From an uncultured Chlamydiae bacterium (GTDB lineage: Bacteria; Chlamydiota; Chlamydiia; Chlamydiales; JAJFMA01), in the NCBI GenBank assembly GCA_963713615.1, contig CAVQMM010000001.1, positions 64,001 to 128,000 of the forward strand: a DNA stretch of 64,000 bases, written 5' to 3'. Shown one piece after another: positions 59,635-64,000 of this stretch. Within the stretch, counting starts at the first letter, position 1. Each line of letters starts with the position of its first letter. Below the pieces are notes generated by a model. The model did not search any database and had not been told where the DNA came from. It saw nothing but the letters and a program-made list of their open reading frames with translations. The translations under genes were made by a program, and so were the position numbers.

Positions 59635-60365
59635 TGAAGTCAAATAAATTGAAAATCCAAAGCCAACCGACCGATACCTCTTGCGGCCCTACCTGCCTGC
59701 AGGGTGTCTACCAGTACTATGACTACGACACGGATGTCGAGACGATCATCAAAGAGATCTCCAACGTTAAGCGAGGGGGCACCTTAGCGGTGGTTTTAGG
59801 CATTCATGCTCTCAAAAAGGGCTTCAATGTCAAAATATATACCTACAACCTACACGTATTCGATCCAACCTGGTTTAAGCCCAAGCCTCTCAGTACTGAA
59901 GAGCTAATGGAAAAGCTCCAAAAGCAAATGGAGGTTAAACCGTCTCAGAAATTGCGCTGGGCATGCAAGCACTACCTGGAATACCTATCACTCGGTGGCA
60001 AGTTGGCGATGGAGGACCTGTGTCACAGGCTGCTCACCCGCTATCTAAAGCAGGGAGTACCCATTCTAACCGGGCTTAGCTCCACTTATCTCTATATGGC
60101 ACCTAGAGAATATGTCATTGAGGAAACCACCAAGCAGGTCGTCGATGATATGGCAGGTTATCCTGAAGGACATTTTGTACTTATCCATAGCTATGATACC
60201 GCTAGCCAAATGGTCACGGTGATGGACCCCTATTCAAAGAATCCTTATTCAAAGGATCTCAAATATAGCATCTCCTTGGACCATTTGCAGACGGCAATCA
60301 TGCTAGGAGTGCTTACCTATGACGCTAACTTCATGGTTGTTACCAGGAAGAATGTTATATCATAG
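59631..60365 (+). CDS. Peptidase C39-like (papain-fold) protein
   Basis: QPTDTSCGPTCL, GHFVLIHSYD, VMDPY; GTGA coupling. Confidence 0.8.
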   Translation: MMKSNKLKIQSQPTDTSCGPTCLQGVYQYYDYDTDVETIIKEISNVKRGGTLAVVLGIHALKKGFNVKIYTYNLHVFDPTWFKPKPLSTEELMEKLQKQMEVKPSQKLRWACKHYLEYLSLGGKLAMEDLCHRLLTRYLKQGVPILTGLSSTYLYMAPREYVIEETTKQVVDDMAGYPEGHFVLIHSYDTASQMVTVMDPYSKNPYSKDLKYSISLDHLQTAIMLGVLTYDANFMVVTRKNVIS

Positions 60366-60392
60366 TGAAAGAAAGACATGTACCCACGGGGG

Positions 60393-60488
60393 GCCAGAGC
60401 CTGAAAACCGTAGCTTAAACTCAGGTTTTAATGGCGGCGGTTTTAAAACACTAACGAGTTTTTAACTACGTTTTTTCGGGCTCGGGCA
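60393..60488. repeat. Degenerate inverted repeat
   Basis: GCCAGAGCCTGAAAACCGTAGCTTAAACTC / GAGTTTTTAACTACGTTTTTTCGGGCTCGGGC. Confidence 0.5.
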
Positions 60489-60543
60489 CACACATGGGCT
60501 CGGGCTCGGATCCTACCCCGTGAACGGTTGCATACAAAATATG

Positions 60544-60573
60544 TTGCCAAAATACCTTACTGTGATTGATAAT
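60544..60573 (+). promoter_or_regulatory. Possible sigma70-type promoter for the RRM gene
   Basis: TTGCCA-N18-GATAAT about 115 bp upstream of ATG 60688. Confidence 0.3.
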
Positions 60574-60687
60574 CGGGGTAGAACCAACCTAATTAAAGTG
60601 AGCTGCACACTCGTACCGCGCTAATCAAGTCTTTTGTTGCCGGCTAAGATACTGCGAGCCCCACTTAAAGGAGATTTCAGGAAAAAC

Positions 60688-61041
60688 ATGAAAATTTATG
60701 TCGGTAACCTTTCTTATCAGTGTAGCGAATCTGATCTGAATGAAATGTTTGGCAAGTACGGCGAAGTGGTGAGCGTAAAGATCATCACCGATCCAGCTAC
60801 TGGTCGCTCTAAAGGTTTTGCTTTCGTAGAGATGGCAACACGTGAAGGCGGACAAGAAGCTGTAAAAAATCTTAATGGCAAAGAAATTGAAGGCCGTGTC
60901 GTCACCGTTGACGAAGCGCGTCCTCAAGTTAAGAAGCCACCAAGAGACCGCGATGGCGGCGGTGGTGGCGGCGGCGGTGGTAGCCGTGGTGGTGGTGGTG
61001 GTGGATTCCGCGATCGCGATTCCCGCCCCCCACGCTACTAG
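60688..61041 (+). CDS. RRM RNA-binding protein with Gly-rich tail
   Basis: RNP2 IYVGNL, RNP1 KGFAFVEM, poly-Gly/RGG tail. Confidence 0.95.
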   Translation: MKIYVGNLSYQCSESDLNEMFGKYGEVVSVKIITDPATGRSKGFAFVEMATREGGQEAVKNLNGKEIEGRVVTVDEARPQVKKPPRDRDGGGGGGGGGSRGGGGGGFRDRDSRPPRY

Positions 61042-61067
61042 TTCTGCGCTATTACGTCAAAAGAGCT

Positions 61068-61111
61068 AAAATGGAAAACGGCCACTAAGGGCCGTTTTCC
61101 ATTTTGTTTTT
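61068..61111 (+). terminator. Rho-independent terminator
   Basis: AAAATGGAAAACGGCC / GGCCGTTTTCCATTTT followed by GTTTTT. Confidence 0.8.
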
Positions 61112-61186
61112 AAGGATGAAGAAGCGAGGACGTCCCCTGTGGCGCAGTCATTCCATGCATAGTGTTGCACACATCTTTTTCTTGAC

Positions 61187-61418
61187 TCACAATCGTATCT
61201 CGGCGCGAAGCGCTTTGGAGTGCGCGTCGCTCGCGACCGCTTTGGATTTGGGCGAAGTTGGCATTGCAAGAAACGTAACCCTTCTCTCTAGGGGTAACTG
61301 TGTGTGGGTGGGGGGCAGCCTCCGTAGAACGGTGCGCGATTCAATAGGCTCGCCCAAATCCAAAGCGGTCGCGAGCGACACGCACTCCAAAGCGCTGCGC
61401 GCCGAGCAACGATTGTGA
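61187..61418. repeat. Family D REPIN-like hairpin, variant
   Basis: About 70-bp arms related to 10670-10900, with a different central spacer. Confidence 0.9.
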
Positions 61419-61465
61419 AGATTTCCTAGCATTTAGCTCCTTTTTTGGCCCCTTAGTCCCTTCAG

Positions 61466-62905
61466 CTATCCGCCCCTTTGTCGTAACGAATGTTCAATAA
61501 TAGCATCATCCAGTGAGTAGGGCTCCAGATAGACGCCGATTCGACGTCGCTTCCACCAATTTTTGGAATGTTCATCAGGCTTGGTAAACTCATATTCATA
61601 TAACAGGGCCCGTATGTACATTGGCGGTTTATCCGAGAAGGGATTCACCAAGAGTAGTTTTAACACGGCTTTGTCTCCTGCCAACATTTTGGCAATTAAA
61701 TGAATAAGCCATGGGTAGCGAGACGCACTTCCCATAGCGGCGAACCACATTAGCCATCCCAATCTAAGGTGATAGGGGGCGACTATCGGGGGACGGCGCG
61801 AGATATCACCAGGCTTTCCTCTGAATTCGTATTCGTGCCATTCAGAAAAATCATCGGCAACTGGACTATGTGTTCCTTCAATGATCACTTCAAAACGACG
61901 GCTTGAGACGCTGCCAAATGCGCCATAGGTATTCACCAGATGCAGAGGATCAAAACTTGCATTCATCAGCTGTCCAGACATCAGAAGGTTAATCGTTGGA
62001 CGAATGCTCAGGCCAATGATCAGTAGCGCGAAGGCTATAATAACGAAGTCCCATGCGATCGGCGTAGGCACTATGACCGCACTCCATGGAATGATTTGCG
62101 ACCAAAAGGCGTCATCAAAGCAGGAAATACAAAGAACTATAGTTAGGTAATTGAGCCATGACAAATTACCGCTCAGGATAAGCATAAGTTGAAAATAGAC
62201 AGTCAGTAGACCAGCATAATAGCAGTAGGGTGCTGGGGCGAAATAAGCGAATGGAACCACTAATTCAACGAAATGTGTCACTAGAACGCAGGTTTTGTGA
62301 AACGAGTGGGACATGAACCGATGAAAAAACCAGCTCAGAGGATTTGGCATTGGCTGAGTCTGGTAGTGATAGTCAAGGCAGGTCAAGTTCCACCAGCAGG
62401 GGTCGGCGCGTAGTTTGATCAAACCTGCTCCAAACATATTGCGAAATAGTAACCAGCGTAGCAGCCAAATCAAAACAATGGGTGTTTCTATTTGTGCTGG
62501 GCTAAGGAAAATAGTTAGAAAGCCTGTTTCTAGCAACATCGATTCCCAGCCAAAGGCATAAAAAGTCTGCCCGACATTGACAAAAGAAAGATAGAGAAGC
62601 CAAAGGGCAAACCAAAGGGAGATAGAGACAAAGAAGCCTGCTTGGTCGGCGATGCCACTGAGGGCTATAAGGGCCAATCCAAGCCCCAGCCAGCTTAAAA
62701 TGGCAGCAAAACGGTCAGAGTAGTGCAGGCAAAAAAGGGAGGGGACATGTCGCCAAGAAATTCTATCAAGCAGCAAAGGAACAGGAAGCAAGCCCTTAGA
62801 CCCACACAAGGGACGAAATTGATTGATTGCAACAATAAAGGCGATGCAATAAATGAAGGCCAGAGCCCTAAGAAAAACGAAGCGAGTGATATCGAAGGTT
62901 TCCAT
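61466..62905 (-). CDS. Lipase maturation factor family membrane protein
   Basis: YLSFVNVGQTFYAFGWESMLLETGF, GLIKLRADPCW, HYQTQPMPNP, NTYGAFG, PYHLRLGWLMWFAAM; the extension in the ORF track is MITE DNA. Confidence 0.92.
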   Translation of the reverse strand: METFDITRFVFLRALAFIYCIAFIVAINQFRPLCGSKGLLPVPLLLDRISWRHVPSLFCLHYSDRFAAILSWLGLGLALIALSGIADQAGFFVSISLWFALWLLYLSFVNVGQTFYAFGWESMLLETGFLTIFLSPAQIETPIVLIWLLRWLLFRNMFGAGLIKLRADPCWWNLTCLDYHYQTQPMPNPLSWFFHRFMSHSFHKTCVLVTHFVELVVPFAYFAPAPYCYYAGLLTVYFQLMLILSGNLSWLNYLTIVLCISCFDDAFWSQIIPWSAVIVPTPIAWDFVIIAFALLIIGLSIRPTINLLMSGQLMNASFDPLHLVNTYGAFGSVSSRRFEVIIEGTHSPVADDFSEWHEYEFRGKPGDISRRPPIVAPYHLRLGWLMWFAAMGSASRYPWLIHLIAKMLAGDKAVLKLLLVNPFSDKPPMYIRALLYEYEFTKPDEHSKNWWKRRRIGVYLEPYSLDDAIIEHSLRQRGG

Positions 62906-62983
62906 GATTGTGTTTTCCAATAAACAGGCATAAAAAGCAATCCTATGGCTTAGGAAATACATCTTGGGGTATGAGCTGAGTGT

Positions 62984-63143
62984 GGCCTTATTCACCTTTG
63001 CGGTCAGTTTTCGGTCGACTGCAAAAGGATCGTCTGTCGCGTTTTGCTCCTCGGACATAGCTGGCGCTATGCCCTCGTCACAAACCACGACATCCGACCT
63101 TTTTCGTCCGACCGAAATTCTGACCGTAAAGGTGAACAAGGCC
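62984..63143. mobile_element. 160-bp MITE (family B), copy 2
   Basis: Matches 10230-10389; perfect 8-bp TSD CTGAGTGT at 62976-62983 and 63144-63151. Confidence 0.93.
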
Positions 63144-63174
63144 CTGAGTGTGCACAAAGGAGCGGTCATAGACG

Positions 63175-64000
63175 ATGGTTGAACTCTGGGCGTGGGTCTT
63201 ATTTATTATTCTCGTCTTAGGCTTGGTAGCTTTGGATTTAGGTGTTCTTCACCGCAAACGCTCCATTCCAACCACTGCCGAGGCCTTGTCCTGGACACTC
63301 TTTTGGATTTCTCTAGCTCTCGTTTTTAACATTGTTCTTTACTTTGTTTATTTGAATCATTGGTTTGGTTTAGGCATGACCGAAGGGTCAACAGATGCCT
63401 ATCAATCTGCCATGCAGTTTTTTACGGGTTTTGTCGTTGAAAAGAGCCTAAGCTTGGACAATATTTTTGTCATCGCCCTGATCTTTGAGTTCTATCGTAT
63501 TCCAGTGCAATACCAGCATCGGGTGCTTCTGTGGGGAGTCCTAGGAGCTCTTATTTTACGCGGAGTTATGATCGCAGCAGGCGCAGTGCTGATCGAACGA
63601 TTTAGTTGGATGAACTATATTTTTGGAGTATTCCTCATCTATACCGCCATTAAGATGCTAATCACTCAAGAAGAAACGTTTGATCCAGAATCAAGTACCC
63701 TGGTGCGCTGGCTGCGAAAAATCTTTCATGTGTCAAGTGAGCTTCATGGCGAGCATTTTTTTATTAGGATAGCGGGTAGTTTGGCTATTACACCACTTTT
63801 TCTGGTTTTACTACAGGTGGAAGCCACCGATGTCTTGTTCGCTGTTGACTCCATTCCAGCAATTTTTGCGATTACGTCGGATCCATTTATTGTCTTTACT
63901 TCGAATATTTTTGCGGTTTTAGGACTTCGAGCTCTCTATTTTGCGCTGGCATCTTTCATGCACCGTTTTCGCTATCTTAAGGTGAGCCTGGTCTTTGTTC
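63175..64000 (+). CDS. TerC/Alx family membrane protein (3'-truncated by the window; absent from the ORF track)
   Basis: Manual translation MVELWAWVLF..LDLGVLHRK..FFTGFVVEKSLSLDNIFVI..QHRVLLWGVLGALILRG..DVLFAVDSIPAIFAIT. Confidence 0.92.
   Translation, partial: MVELWAWVLFIILVLGLVALDLGVLHRKRSIPTTAEALSWTLFWISLALVFNIVLYFVYLNHWFGLGMTEGSTDAYQSAMQFFTGFVVEKSLSLDNIFVIALIFEFYRIPVQYQHRVLLWGVLGALILRGVMIAAGAVLIERFSWMNYIFGVFLIYTAIKMLITQEETFDPESSTLVRWLRKIFHVSSELHGEHFFIRIAGSLAITPLFLVLLQVEATDVLFAVDSIPAIFAITSDPFIVFTSNIFAVLGLRALYFALASFMHRFRYLKVSLVFV

Noticed and set aside
60955..61005. (GGT/GGC)n tract as a contingency repeat
   Set aside because: It simply encodes the Gly-rich tail typical of bacterial RRM proteins.
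62940..63174. yybP-ykoY manganese riboswitch upstream of terC
   Set aside because: Only a loose GGGGTATGAGC resemblance; the other conserved elements are not recognisable even after removing the MITE. An Rfam covariance search would be needed.

Overview
Bacterial genomic window. Gene content suggests an environmental Chlamydiota or similar amoeba-associated intracellular bacterium (inference): a giant DUF3638-like protein, a eukaryote-type sterol reductase, a Cys-rich secreted protein, LRR-like orphans and a single-module ClpB-like AAA protein. About 45 supportable CDSs are present. They include an oxalate-decarboxylase-like/EamA/YpdA/hemolysin-III cluster, a TsdA-like cytochrome c, an ABC-F ATPase, a pseudouridine synthase, a LysR/MFS pair and two beta-propeller+IPT proteins. 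Further along are a frameshifted beta-carbonic anhydrase, a polar amino-acid ABC transporter, a PEP-CTERM protein, an RND tripartite pump and homospermidine synthase. The right end holds a RimK-like/GCS2/N-formylglutamate amidohydrolase/C39-like peptidase operon, an RRM protein, an LMF protein and a TerC gene cut by the window end. I saw no rRNA, tRNA, CRISPR array or transposase. The most striking feature is non-coding: most long intergenic spacers hold long palindromic elements from at least eight families. These elements (i) nest inside one another, (ii) form cloverleafs with conserved outer arms but exchangeable inner hairpins, and (iii) show mirrored substitutions in both arms. They also (iv) include a 160-bp MITE with 8-bp target-site duplications, (v) supply stop codons or an in-frame segment to genes, and (vi) in one case bracket a four-gene block with the two halves of a composite element.
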